From NCBI GenBank assembly GCA_965198225.1, contig CBDAOY010000005.1:320001-384000 (forward strand): a DNA stretch of 64,000 bases, read 5' to 3'. Numbering within the stretch: the stretch's first letter is position 1; each line of letters begins with the position of its first letter. Made by a program: the position numbers and the translations under genes. Of the stretch, positions 31,017 to 39,631 are shown in pieces. The notes under the pieces are model-generated. The model had not been told where the DNA came from, did not search any database, and was given only the letters and a program-made list of their open reading frames with translations. Source of the stretch: Terriglobia bacterium. GTDB lineage: Bacteria > Acidobacteriota > Terriglobia > 20CM-2-55-15.

Positions 31017-31136
31017 CCACGGAGGCGCGGAGACACGGAGGTCTTGCTCTTTCGTTAAGCGCATAGTGCCGCGAGAGAACCAATGTGAGGGGGACAGGGC
31101 TGGCCCTGTCCCCGGGTGTCCGCTTCAGCAGAAATG
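31015..31136. repeat. family A arm plus family E unit (reverse)
   Basis: aaccacggaggcgcggagacacggagg ... gtgagggggacagggctggccctgtcccgggtg. Confidence 0.8.
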
Positions 31137-31149
31137 CCCGTGAACGCCA

Positions 31150-32574
31150 CTACTCCAGTTCCGCGGCGATTGACTGGATGAGGTCCCATGCGGCGCGGAC
31201 GTGTTTCTCTTCGGTTCTCAGGTTCCCGACGGTGAAACGGATGGTCAGCCGACCGTCGAGTTTCGTGTGGGACAGAAAAGCCTTGCCGGAGGCGTTCACC
31301 CGATCGAGCAGGGCCTGGTTCTCGTCGTCTGATCCCTCGAGTCGAAAGCAGACTGTGCTGAACGGCGCCGGAGCCATCAATCCGAAGTTCGGGCTGTCTT
31401 CGATCCAGGAAGCAAACATCTGGCCGAGACGGATGTGCTCGCGAAGCCTTTCGCGGATGCCGTCCACGCCAAAATACCGGATGACCATCCAGAATTTCAG
31501 TGCCCGGAACCGGCGTCCGAGCTGGATCCCGTAGTCCATGTAGTTGGTGACGCTGTCGTCCTCGGCCGTTTTCAGGTATTCCGGCGTCATGCTGAATGCC
31601 TGTTTGAGTACTCCGGGACGGCGGCAATAGAACGCACTGAAATCGATCGGGGTGAACATCCATTTGTGGGGATTCACCACGAGCGAATCGGCACGTTCAC
31701 AACCGTCGAGAACGTGCCGCAGTTCGGGCAGGATCGCCGCCGATCCCGCATATGCCGCGTCGACGTGCAGCCAGAGCCCGTGACGCTCGCAAACCTTCGC
31801 TACTTCATCCACCGGATCGATGCTCGTCGTCGATGTCGTGCCGACGGTCGCCGAGACACAGAAGGGTCTCCACCCATCTTGTAAGTCTCGCTCGATCGCT
31901 GCTTCCAGGCCCGCCACGTCCAGGCGAAAACCCTCGTCTACGCCGACCTTGACGACTCCCCGGCGGCCGAGCCCGATCGCCAGAGCTGCTTTTTCCACCG
32001 AGGAGTGCGCATGCTCGGAGGTATAGAGGCGCAATCTGGGTGCTCCGGGACCAGAGATCCCTTCTTCGCTCACGTCTCGCTCTCCGATCGCCTGCCTTGC
32101 CGCTGCAAATGCGTGGAATGTGGAAATCGAGGCGGTATCGTAGACGACACCCATGAAGTCTTCCGGAAGTCCCAGCATCTGGCGGAGCCAATCCAGGACA
32201 AGCTCCTCGAGTTCCGTCGCCGAAGGCGAGGTCTTCCACAACATGGCGTTCACGTTGAATGCCGCCGTGAGGAGTTCGCCGAGTATTCCGGGACCGGACC
32301 CTGTTATCGCGAAGTACGCAAAGAAATCCGGATGATTCCAATGGGTTATCCCGGGAACAATGACGCGCTCCAGGTCAGCGAAGATCGTTTCCATCTCCTC
32401 TCCCGCGTCCGGCGGTGAAGCCGGCAACTGGTCGCGGATCGCCCCGGGTTCAACCTGTGTTAGGACCGGATACTTCTCCGGGTCGGCCAGGTAGTCCGCA
32501 ATCCAATCGATCGCGTAGTGTCCCCAGCGACGAAAATCTTCCGGGCTCATGTCCGACAGAACTGGATCACTCAT
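31150..32574 (-). CDS. PLP-dependent aromatic L-amino acid decarboxylase family
   Basis: PGITHWNHP, SPSATELE, AHSSVEKA, HVDAAYAG, NPHKW, LGRRFRALK. Confidence 0.92.
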   Translation of the reverse strand: MSDPVLSDMSPEDFRRWGHYAIDWIADYLADPEKYPVLTQVEPGAIRDQLPASPPDAGEEMETIFADLERVIVPGITHWNHPDFFAYFAITGSGPGILGELLTAAFNVNAMLWKTSPSATELEELVLDWLRQMLGLPEDFMGVVYDTASISTFHAFAAARQAIGERDVSEEGISGPGAPRLRLYTSEHAHSSVEKAALAIGLGRRGVVKVGVDEGFRLDVAGLEAAIERDLQDGWRPFCVSATVGTTSTTSIDPVDEVAKVCERHGLWLHVDAAYAGSAAILPELRHVLDGCERADSLVVNPHKWMFTPIDFSAFYCRRPGVLKQAFSMTPEYLKTAEDDSVTNYMDYGIQLGRRFRALKFWMVIRYFGVDGIRERLREHIRLGQMFASWIEDSPNFGLMAPAPFSTVCFRLEGSDDENQALLDRVNASGKAFLSHTKLDGRLTIRFTVGNLRTEEKHVRAAWDLIQSIAAELE

Positions 32575-32627
32575 GATTACTTCCTCTCAACTTCACAAGG
32601 CTGCCGAAAGATTCTTGAATCTTTCCA

Positions 32628-32691
32628 GCGGCGATCAGCCATCGGCTCAATCGGATGGTTCCGAGGTAGCTGATGGCGGACTGCTGACAGC
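32628..32691. repeat. heptamer-built inverted repeat (family G)
   Basis: ggcgatcagccatcggc ... gctgatggcggactgctgacagc; similar copy at 59560-59650. Confidence 0.55.
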
Positions 32692-32869
32692 ACGCTTGAT
32701 CCCCACATCTGGGAGCAGATCTTCCAACTCAATGATCAAGCGTCTTACGATCTCGCGTGAGGTCGCGAAAACAAATACCATCTTCGAAGAACCGATGGAA
32801 GGGCTTCCCATATCTTCTACGGGCGGCAACGATGGCGTTCCCCCGCCGGTACCCCTGACGTATCGCGCC

Positions 32870-32899
32870 TTGACGGTCCACGACTCAAACCCGTAAAAT
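32870..32899 (+). promoter_or_regulatory. sigma70-type promoter for carD
   Basis: TTGACG-N18-TAAAAT. Confidence 0.6.
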
Positions 32900-32922
32900 G
32901 TTATTCATACTCGGCAGGTTAT

Positions 32923-33432
32923 ATGGAAGAGTTTGAAATCGGCGACCAAGTGGTTTACCCAAACCACGGTGTCGGAATTATCGAAAAAATCTCGAATCGC
33001 CTGGTCCAAGGTAAATTTGAAAGGTTCTATCTTCTAAGAATCTGCTCCAACGACATCCTCGTCATGGTTCCCACGGCCAACGCCAGCGACGTCGGTCTCC
33101 GTCGAACGATCGATGTGAAAGACGTCGACCGCCTTTTCTCGTTCCTCTCCAACGGTGAGTTCTTCTCCCAACGCGACTGGAAAGACCGTTTCAAAGAGAA
33201 TTCCGAAAAGATGCGATCGGGTTCGATTTCCCATGTCGCCGAGGTCTACAAGAACCTGGTCTACCTCAACAAGATCAAGCCGCTCTCGTTCCGAGAAAAG
33301 CGCATGCAGGATCGGGCCCGTTTCCTGCTGGTTTCCGAACTGGCCTCCGTCATGGGCGTAGCCGAAGACGAGATTGAAACTCGAGTCGACAAGACAGTCA
33401 ACAAGGCCTGCGCAAGAGTTCCCGTCGCCTAA
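32923..33432 (+). CDS. carD: CarD family transcriptional regulator
   Basis: FEIGDQVVYPNHGVG, VMVPT, WKDRFKEN. Confidence 0.92.
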   Translation: MEEFEIGDQVVYPNHGVGIIEKISNRLVQGKFERFYLLRICSNDILVMVPTANASDVGLRRTIDVKDVDRLFSFLSNGEFFSQRDWKDRFKENSEKMRSGSISHVAEVYKNLVYLNKIKPLSFREKRMQDRARFLLVSELASVMGVAEDEIETRVDKTVNKACARVPVA

Positions 33433-33444
33433 CCCGGGCGCCCC

Positions 33445-34734
33445 ATGTCTTCCTTCCTTCTAATATCTATCCTTCTTTTATTCCTCTTCATGTCAGGATT
33501 CTTCTCCCTGTCGGAAACGGCGGTGTTGTCGAGTAACCGTTATCGCATCCGACACCTCGCGTCAAAGGGGAACAAGAACGCGGGGAAGCTCGCTGGTTGG
33601 TTGGACGCACCCCAGAAACTCCTTGCGACGATCCTGCTCGGCAACAACTTTGCGAACATCGGGGCCGCGACCGTGGCGGCAGCGCTCGTCACGCGCACCT
33701 TCCAGGAGCAGCAGCGGGACCTCTACCTGGCGCTGGAAACGATCGTGCTGACGCTTGTTGTTCTGTTGTTCTGCGAACTGGGGCCTAAGGCGTTCGCGAC
33801 GCGAACGCCCGAAAGGATCAGTCTCCGCCTCGTCGTCCCGATCGAGGTGTGGATGCGGGTCGTCTATCCCGTGGCCCGACTGGCAATCAGGTTTGCGGGT
33901 CTTTTCTACCGTAGTGTTCGCGAGAATCACCAGACGCTTGCGGCGTCGATATCAGACGTGGAACTCAAGTCGATCATCAACAGCTACACGCAGGATCGCA
34001 GGAAGATGCTCGAGCGGGTGCTCGAATTTTCGGAACGGCAAGTGCGAGATGTGATGGTGCCGCGGATGGAAACCGTATCACTCGCGATCTCGACGCCGCT
34101 GGAAGACGTCCTGCAAGTGGTAGAGACAACACGTTTCACGCGTTTCCCGGTATACCACGGCAGCATGGACAACGTGCTGGGCATCTTACACGGCAAGGAT
34201 CTGATGCCCTACCTGCACCAAAAGAAGACGTTCCGCATTTCGAACTTGCTCCGTAAACCGATCTTCATTCCCGATACTGCGCGGCTGAACAATGCCGTGA
34301 GTGTCCTGCAGACGGCACAGACTCACATGGGAATCGTCGTCGACGAGCATGGTGGTGTGGAGGGCATCGTCACCCTCGAAGACCTCATCGAAGAGATCGT
34401 CGGCGAGATTCAGGACGAACATGACGTTGAGGTTGACGAGATCGTCCCGCAGGCGAATGGGAATTACCTGATCGACGCCGGCATATCTGTCCGAGAACTG
34501 AACGAGCGATTGGGCTTGGAAGTGCCCGAAGAAGGACAATACGTCACGCTCGCCGGTTTCATCCTGATGAAGACGGGCCGACTGCCGACCGAAGGCGATG
34601 AGATCGAGTTCGAAGGAGACAAGTACCGGATCGATCAAATGGTCGGTCGCAGGATCATGCGCGTGCGGCTGAACCGGATGCTCCCTTCGTCCGACGTCAA
34701 GGAAGAAACGATCGACCTGAAAGAAAAGGCATAG
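33445..34734 (+). CDS. CNNM/CBS/CorC hemolysin-family transporter
   Basis: SGFFSLSETA, ILLGNN, VMVPR, VDEHGGVEGIVTLEDLIEEIVGEI. Confidence 0.92.
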   Translation: MSSFLLISILLLFLFMSGFFSLSETAVLSSNRYRIRHLASKGNKNAGKLAGWLDAPQKLLATILLGNNFANIGAATVAAALVTRTFQEQQRDLYLALETIVLTLVVLLFCELGPKAFATRTPERISLRLVVPIEVWMRVVYPVARLAIRFAGLFYRSVRENHQTLAASISDVELKSIINSYTQDRRKMLERVLEFSERQVRDVMVPRMETVSLAISTPLEDVLQVVETTRFTRFPVYHGSMDNVLGILHGKDLMPYLHQKKTFRISNLLRKPIFIPDTARLNNAVSVLQTAQTHMGIVVDEHGGVEGIVTLEDLIEEIVGEIQDEHDVEVDEIVPQANGNYLIDAGISVRELNERLGLEVPEEGQYVTLAGFILMKTGRLPTEGDEIEFEGDKYRIDQMVGRRIMRVRLNRMLPSSDVKEETIDLKEKA

Positions 34735-34885
34735 CCACGGATCACACAGACAGGAACAGGCAAGCCACGGATTACATGGATTCCACGGACAGGAAGAAAC
34801 CTGTGGTCTGCGCTCCGAAAAGGCCACTCCTAATCCGCTAAATCCGTGTAATCCGTGGCTGAATTCCTCCGTGCAATCCGTGACA
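34733..34885. repeat. family B repeat
   Basis: gccacggattacatggattccacggacagg...aatccgtgtaatccgtggctgaattc. Confidence 0.85.
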
Positions 34886-34891
34886 GTCCGG

Positions 34892-36184
34892 TCATCGTTG
34901 GGCCAGCTCCTCCAATACTTCAAAGAAGCCGGGAAAAGAAATCTCGACGCAATCGGGGTCCCGGATGCGCACACCCGACCGGGAAAGCAGACCCGCGACT
35001 GCAAACGCCATCGCTATTCGGTGGTCCCCGTGTGAAGAAACCGTGCCCCCCTCAATCGTCTGAGGACCGTCCACAGACAGGCCGTCGGGAAACTCCTCGA
35101 CGGAGACGCCAACGCTCTGGAGGTTGCGAACGATCGCGGCGATTCGATCACTCTCCTTTACCCGCAGCTCGGCAGCTCCCCGTACGTGCACCCCCCCGCG
35201 ACACCGGCTGCCCAGGACCGCCAGAACCGGCAACTCGTCGATCAGGCTCGGAACCGCGGCCGGATGAACGTCGATGCGACCCAAAGTCGACGACCTTACC
35301 GTAACGTCGGCTACCGGCTCGCCGCTTTCGCTTCTGAGCAATGCAAACGAAACGATTCCCCCGATACGCTCGAGCAGGGACAGGTAACCGGAACGAGTCG
35401 GATTGACCCCAACCTCCAACAAGCGCAATTCGGAATCGGCAAGGGCCAACGCGGCCACGACGAGGAAGGCGGCGGAGGAGGTGTCTCCGGGGATTCGTAT
35501 TGATCGCGCTCCAAGCTTCCCCCCACCTTCCAAATCAATTCGTGAGCCGTCGGAGAATATCTTTGCCCCGCATCCGCCGAGGGCGATCTCGGTGTGATCC
35601 CGTGTCGCGAACGTCTCGCGTAGAGAAGTGACCCCGGAGGCGTAAAGCCCGGCGAGAAGAACGGCAGATTTGACCTGCGCGCTCGCGACGGGCAGCGCGT
35701 AGTCGATCGCCTGAAGGGAACCTCCCCGGATCCGGAGCGGAAGCCGCTCGCCCTCGGCCGCCTCTATGTGAGCCCCGAAGCGTCGGAGTGGATCGATCAC
35801 GCGCCTCATCGGTCTTTCGCACAGCGAAGGGTCTCCGGACAGCGTCGATGAAAACGGCTGGCCCGCTAGAATTCCCAACAAGAGGCGGGCAGTAGTACCG
35901 GAGTTCCCCGCGTCGAGTACTTCCCGCGGCTCCTGCAAACCACGGAGACCTTGACCCTCGACACGGAGTCGGTGACTCTCGAGCCCGACGTCCACCCCGA
36001 GCGCGCGCAAGCAAGCAAGCGTGCTGAGACAGTCCGCGCCGAGGGGAAAGTTCTCCGCTTCGGTCGTGCCTTCGGAGATCGCTCCGATCAGTGCGACACG
36101 ATGACTGATCGACTTGTCCCCAGGCAAACGGACGTCCCCGCGAAACGACTTTGCCGGCTGGATTTCCCGTATGTTTGCAGTCAT
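34892..36184 (-). CDS. aroA: EPSP synthase
   Basis: PGDKSISHR, DAGNSGT, ASAQVKS, ELRVKESDRI, DHRIAM. Confidence 0.95.
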   Translation of the reverse strand: MTANIREIQPAKSFRGDVRLPGDKSISHRVALIGAISEGTTEAENFPLGADCLSTLACLRALGVDVGLESHRLRVEGQGLRGLQEPREVLDAGNSGTTARLLLGILAGQPFSSTLSGDPSLCERPMRRVIDPLRRFGAHIEAAEGERLPLRIRGGSLQAIDYALPVASAQVKSAVLLAGLYASGVTSLRETFATRDHTEIALGGCGAKIFSDGSRIDLEGGGKLGARSIRIPGDTSSAAFLVVAALALADSELRLLEVGVNPTRSGYLSLLERIGGIVSFALLRSESGEPVADVTVRSSTLGRIDVHPAAVPSLIDELPVLAVLGSRCRGGVHVRGAAELRVKESDRIAAIVRNLQSVGVSVEEFPDGLSVDGPQTIEGGTVSSHGDHRIAMAFAVAGLLSRSGVRIRDPDCVEISFPGFFEVLEELAQR

Positions 36185-36333
36185 CGGTCCAACCCCGCCG
36201 ATGCTCAGACCGCGCATCAGACGGAACCTGGTGAGCGGCTCAGCATAGCACGCTCTGCGTGCACGCTTGTTGGAGCGGTTTCGAGCGGAATCACTCATTG
36301 ATTTTTCAAAAACCGTATGTTACTTCTCGACCG

Positions 36334-36774
36334 ATGGGTCAAAGTGATTCTTCGGTCTTCGAGCTCACAGTTCCAAGCCGCATGGAGGAGCTCACCTCCG
36401 TACAGAAGCTCGTTGAGAAGGCCAGCCGGGCGTTCGGCCTGAGTGAGGAGCTGGCACACTGGATAGAGCTGACCGTCAGCGAGTCAACGATCAACGCGAT
36501 TGAACACGGCAACGGCGGAGATCCTTCCAAGAGTGTCTTCCTCAGCATTTCTTCAAACGGTGAGAACATCGAAGTCATCGTCGAGGACCAGGGCACGGGC
36601 TTCGAGCTGGCCGAGATACCGGACCCGACCGATGTCGAGAACCTTCTGAAACCGGGAGGTCGTGGCATCCTTATCATCCGCTCCTTCATGGACAAGGTTG
36701 AAGTTACCGAGCGTAAGGGTGGTGGAAGTCGTCTGAGAATGGTCAAAAACCTACAGGACTCTCAACCGGCATGA
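36334..36774 (+). CDS. RsbW-like anti-sigma factor kinase
   Basis: ESTINAIEHGN, DQGTGF, GGRGI. Confidence 0.9.
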   Translation: MGQSDSSVFELTVPSRMEELTSVQKLVEKASRAFGLSEELAHWIELTVSESTINAIEHGNGGDPSKSVFLSISSNGENIEVIVEDQGTGFELAEIPDPTDVENLLKPGGRGILIIRSFMDKVEVTERKGGGSRLRMVKNLQDSQPA

Positions 36775-37115
36775 GCATGGCAATCAGCGCGCGGCGCCTG
36801 GACGACGTCGAAATCCTGGATCTCGCCGGACGCATCACGATCGGTGAGGGCACCCTTATGCTCCGCGCCAAGATCCAGAATATGCTCGACGCCGGTGAAA
36901 CGAAGTTCCTGTTGAACCTCGCCGACGTCGACTACATCGACAGCTCCGGGCTCGGTGAACTCGTTTCGTCCTTCACCACGGTGAAGAATCAAGGCGGCGT
37001 GTTGAAACTGCTGGGCCTGACCCACCGCGTCCGTGACCTCATGCAGATCACCAAGCTCCTCACCGTTTTCGACGTCTACGATGACGAGCCGGAAGCCCTC
37101 AAGAGCTTCAGGTAG
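36771..37115 (+). CDS. STAS anti-anti-sigma factor
   Basis: VDYIDSSGLGEL. Confidence 0.92.
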   Translation: MSMAISARRLDDVEILDLAGRITIGEGTLMLRAKIQNMLDAGETKFLLNLADVDYIDSSGLGELVSSFTTVKNQGGVLKLLGLTHRVRDLMQITKLLTVFDVYDDEPEALKSFR

Positions 37116-37150
37116 ATCAACCCCTGCCTGCGACTTCACACATGCTCAGG

Positions 37151-37234
37151 TCTCTTTCAACACGAAGGCACGAAGGTCTCGAAGAAAAGAATTAGTTTTC
37201 TTCGTGTGTTCTTCGCTTCTTCGTGTTGAAGAGA
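37151..37234. repeat. family C repeat
   Basis: tttcaacacgaaggcacgaagg...cttcgtgttgaa. Confidence 0.8.
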
Positions 37235-37240
37235 CTCTTA

Positions 37241-37511
37241 GCAGCCCGTGGCAGAACTCTGCAGGGTCGCGCGCAGGGGTCTTCGGGTTGCAGGCGCGAA
37301 CAGAGGAGCGGAGCGATGATCATTCATCGTGACCGACGAGGGACAAAGCCTGCGGCCCGAACCCCCCTGCGCCCTTCGGGTTACGGCGAAACGGGGCCGT
37401 CTTCGTTGTCGCCGACTCCTCCCAATGAATGAGCATTGTTTCGTCCTCGCCTCCTAGAATCCGGCCCCGTTTGGCCGTAACGCGGCCCTGCAGAGTTCTG
37501 CCACCGGCTGC
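37241..37511. mobile_element. 271-bp MITE-like element with structured core
   Basis: 31-bp TIRs (29/31 match) GCAGCC(C/G)GTGGCAGAACTCTGCAGGG; TA on both sides; internal long hairpins. Confidence 0.85.
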
Positions 37512-38108
37512 TAGCGTTCGACGACGACGTTTGAGTCGGGCAGGACCAGGCGCAGGAGGCGGCCGTTGGAGTCGGTCGTAGCCTGTAGCTTCAAGTTGCT
37601 GCTGTCGAGTTCATAGGTCAGAGGTCAGATATCCGGTAGGACGAACCCGGACGCTGCCCAATTGCATCGCGCTGGGAACGAAAACCGGCAACTCCCCTCC
37701 CTCATTGCCGACTTTGTACAGCAGGAGCAGGTAATGGTGGAAGAAGTTGTTGTCCACGATCATGCCGTTCGTCGGAATACGAACGTCGTATGGAGTGCGT
37801 TGACCCTCGACGGTGTATTCGACTTCACTCACCGGGCTGGCAAGTCGAACACGAATCAGAGTGTCTTCGGACCGGTACTCATAAAAGGTCGGGTTGAGGT
37901 CTTTATCGAGCTCCATCCGGCTCCGAACGTCAACACTACTACCCTCGATCCTCAGCCTGGTGTGACCGCGTGCGATGAAACCGCTGCCGTCCTTCGAAAC
38001 GGAGAACTCTTCGGTTCCGACCCGTTCGCCGTCGACGCGCACCGTGAACCGCGCACTCTCGAGCTGGACTGGAAGAAGGAGCAAGAAGAGTAGCGACAGG
38101 GTGTTCAT
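37511..38108 (-). pseudogene. exported hypothetical protein frameshifted by a 7-bp duplication
   Basis: AGGTCAG twice at 37615-37628; removing one copy extends the ORF ...TGYLTYELDSSNLKLQATTDSNGRLLRLVLPDSNVVVER to TAG at 37511-37513. Confidence 0.75.
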
Positions 38109-38605
38109 GAATCTTCGATTGCCCGGACAATTTCCCGCACGACCTCGTCTGGTGCGAGGGGGTCGGTATCGATCCGTACCCGTGCCATTCTATACGATGG
38201 GCGTCGCCGCTCGAAGAGTTCCTCCACCCTCGAAGCGTCGGAAAAGAGTGGCCGGGTGCCGTCATCGGAGATGCGTGATCGAATCTGCGTCAGAGAAGCT
38301 TCCAGGTAGACAGACAGGCCATGAGATTCGACGAAGGTGCGGTTGTCGGGATCCACGTACGTTCCCCCGCCCAGGGCGATGACGCATTGCTCCTCTCCGG
38401 AAACCGTCCGGAGGAACCGGCTTTCGATCTCCCTGAAATACGGCTCACCGGATTCTTCGAAAATCCGTGTGATCGGACGAGCTTCCCAACGCACGAGCTC
38501 CTCGTCCAGATCCAGGAACTGCCATCCCAGTTCCCCGGCGACGAGCCGCCCCACTGTGCTCTTGCCCGAGCCCATGAAGCCGACCATGTACACTCTCGGT
38601 ACCAT
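38105..38605 (-). CDS. aroK: shikimate kinase
   Basis: GFMGSGKSTVG, GEPYFREIE, ALGGG, RPL. Confidence 0.93.
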   Translation of the reverse strand: MVPRVYMVGFMGSGKSTVGRLVAGELGWQFLDLDEELVRWEARPITRIFEESGEPYFREIESRFLRTVSGEEQCVIALGGGTYVDPDNRTFVESHGLSVYLEASLTQIRSRISDDGTRPLFSDASRVEELFERRRPSYRMARVRIDTDPLAPDEVVREIVRAIEDS

Positions 38606-38776
38606 CAAGCCGAGGTTATCCTGCCCTCGTGTCGCTGTCCAGAGCCGCTGATTCAGGCGCAAGAAACCAAAAAACGCGGAGAGAACGTCTCCCCGAAACG
38701 GGGAGGAGAACGTCTTCCCGCGTCTTCGTGGTGGCAGATTGTCGAAGCTGAACGCTGACGGCTGGATCGCCGGCAG

Positions 38777-39286
38777 CTAGGCCGCGCTCAGAGCCGAACG
38801 GATCCTGTAGTGCTCTCGACCTTCAGCCGACAACAAAACCCAGAAGGCATAGATGCCGATCGCTGTCCCAACCGGGAACTTGAAAAGCATGAACACGGCG
38901 GCAATGATCGCGATCACACGACCCCACGTCTGATAGTACAGGAGGCCCACGCCGGCAGCCGCCGTCAGGCCCGACACCACCACCATCGAGATCGCCACGA
39001 GCGAGATGATGGATGTCAGGAACACCCCGAGATCCATGTCGACTCCTGTGAAACCGAAATCGACAAACTCCAGGATCCGACCGGCGAGAAGAACCATCGT
39101 TGACAGCATGCCCATGAGTACGCCCGACCCGACGAGGAGCCAGGCCAGGATCTTTACATGGAGCTGCATGCTTTCGGGCGTTCGTACCCTCTTGGCAGGC
39201 GCCCCCGCCTCCGGTTGAGCTGCCCCGCAGCTACCGCAGAATCTGTGTTGAGGTTGGACCTGGGTTCCGCATTGTGGGCAATACAT
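38777..39286 (-). CDS. zinc-ribbon membrane protein
   Basis: MYCPQCG..FCGSCG followed by TM helices; GGAGG RBS. Confidence 0.85.
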   Translation of the reverse strand: MYCPQCGTQVQPQHRFCGSCGAAQPEAGAPAKRVRTPESMQLHVKILAWLLVGSGVLMGMLSTMVLLAGRILEFVDFGFTGVDMDLGVFLTSIISLVAISMVVVSGLTAAAGVGLLYYQTWGRVIAIIAAVFMLFKFPVGTAIGIYAFWVLLSAEGREHYRIRSALSAA

Positions 39287-39306
39287 GGGTGTTGCCTCCT
39301 GTGGAA

Positions 39307-39630
39307 GAAGTAGGCCGTAGGCCGTTGTCCGTTGGGCCCTCCGGGCCCCAGTCCGTTGGCCCTTGTCCGTTAGGGGTTAGTGTAAGAAAAAGAAAAACCC
39401 GCAACAGATCAACAAAGCGGCTCCGAGGGCCAGCAGACCGGTGTCCATCCGCTCCTCCGAGCGTCGCACCGCCTCAGCGCTATGTCCCAGTCCGTTTCCG
39501 CAGGCGGCACAAAAGCGATGGTGCGCCAGTACCGTCGAATCACATTTCGGACAATTCATTAATTTCTCCTGACGAGGAATGTCTGGCTTCGCCGACAACG
39601 GCCTACGGACAACGGCCTACGACCTACTTC
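39307..39630. repeat. heptamer-built inverted repeats flanking a small ORF
   Basis: gaagtaggccgtaggccgttgtccgt (39307) versus acggacaacggcctacgacctacttc (ending 39630). Confidence 0.75.
39377..39559 (-). CDS. small zinc-ribbon/TM protein (60 aa)
   Basis: MNCPKCD..HRFCAACG plus C-terminal TM; AGGAG RBS. Confidence 0.7.
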   Translation of the reverse strand: MNCPKCDSTVLAHHRFCAACGNGLGHSAEAVRRSEERMDTGLLALGAALLICCGFFFFLH

Positions 39631-39631
39631 C

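Noticed and set aside
32549-32896. Small ORFs between the decarboxylase and carD
   Set aside because: No motifs or RBS; they overlap a promoter and a heptamer repeat.
5454-34885. Repeat families A-C as CRISPR arrays
   Set aside because: They are dispersed inverted elements with 9-bp periodicity, have no regular repeat-spacer array, and there are no cas genes.
38682-38730. Hairpin with duplicated GAGAACGTCT upstream of aroK
   Set aside because: Single copy with no recognisable family; cannot be distinguished from a terminator-like structure.
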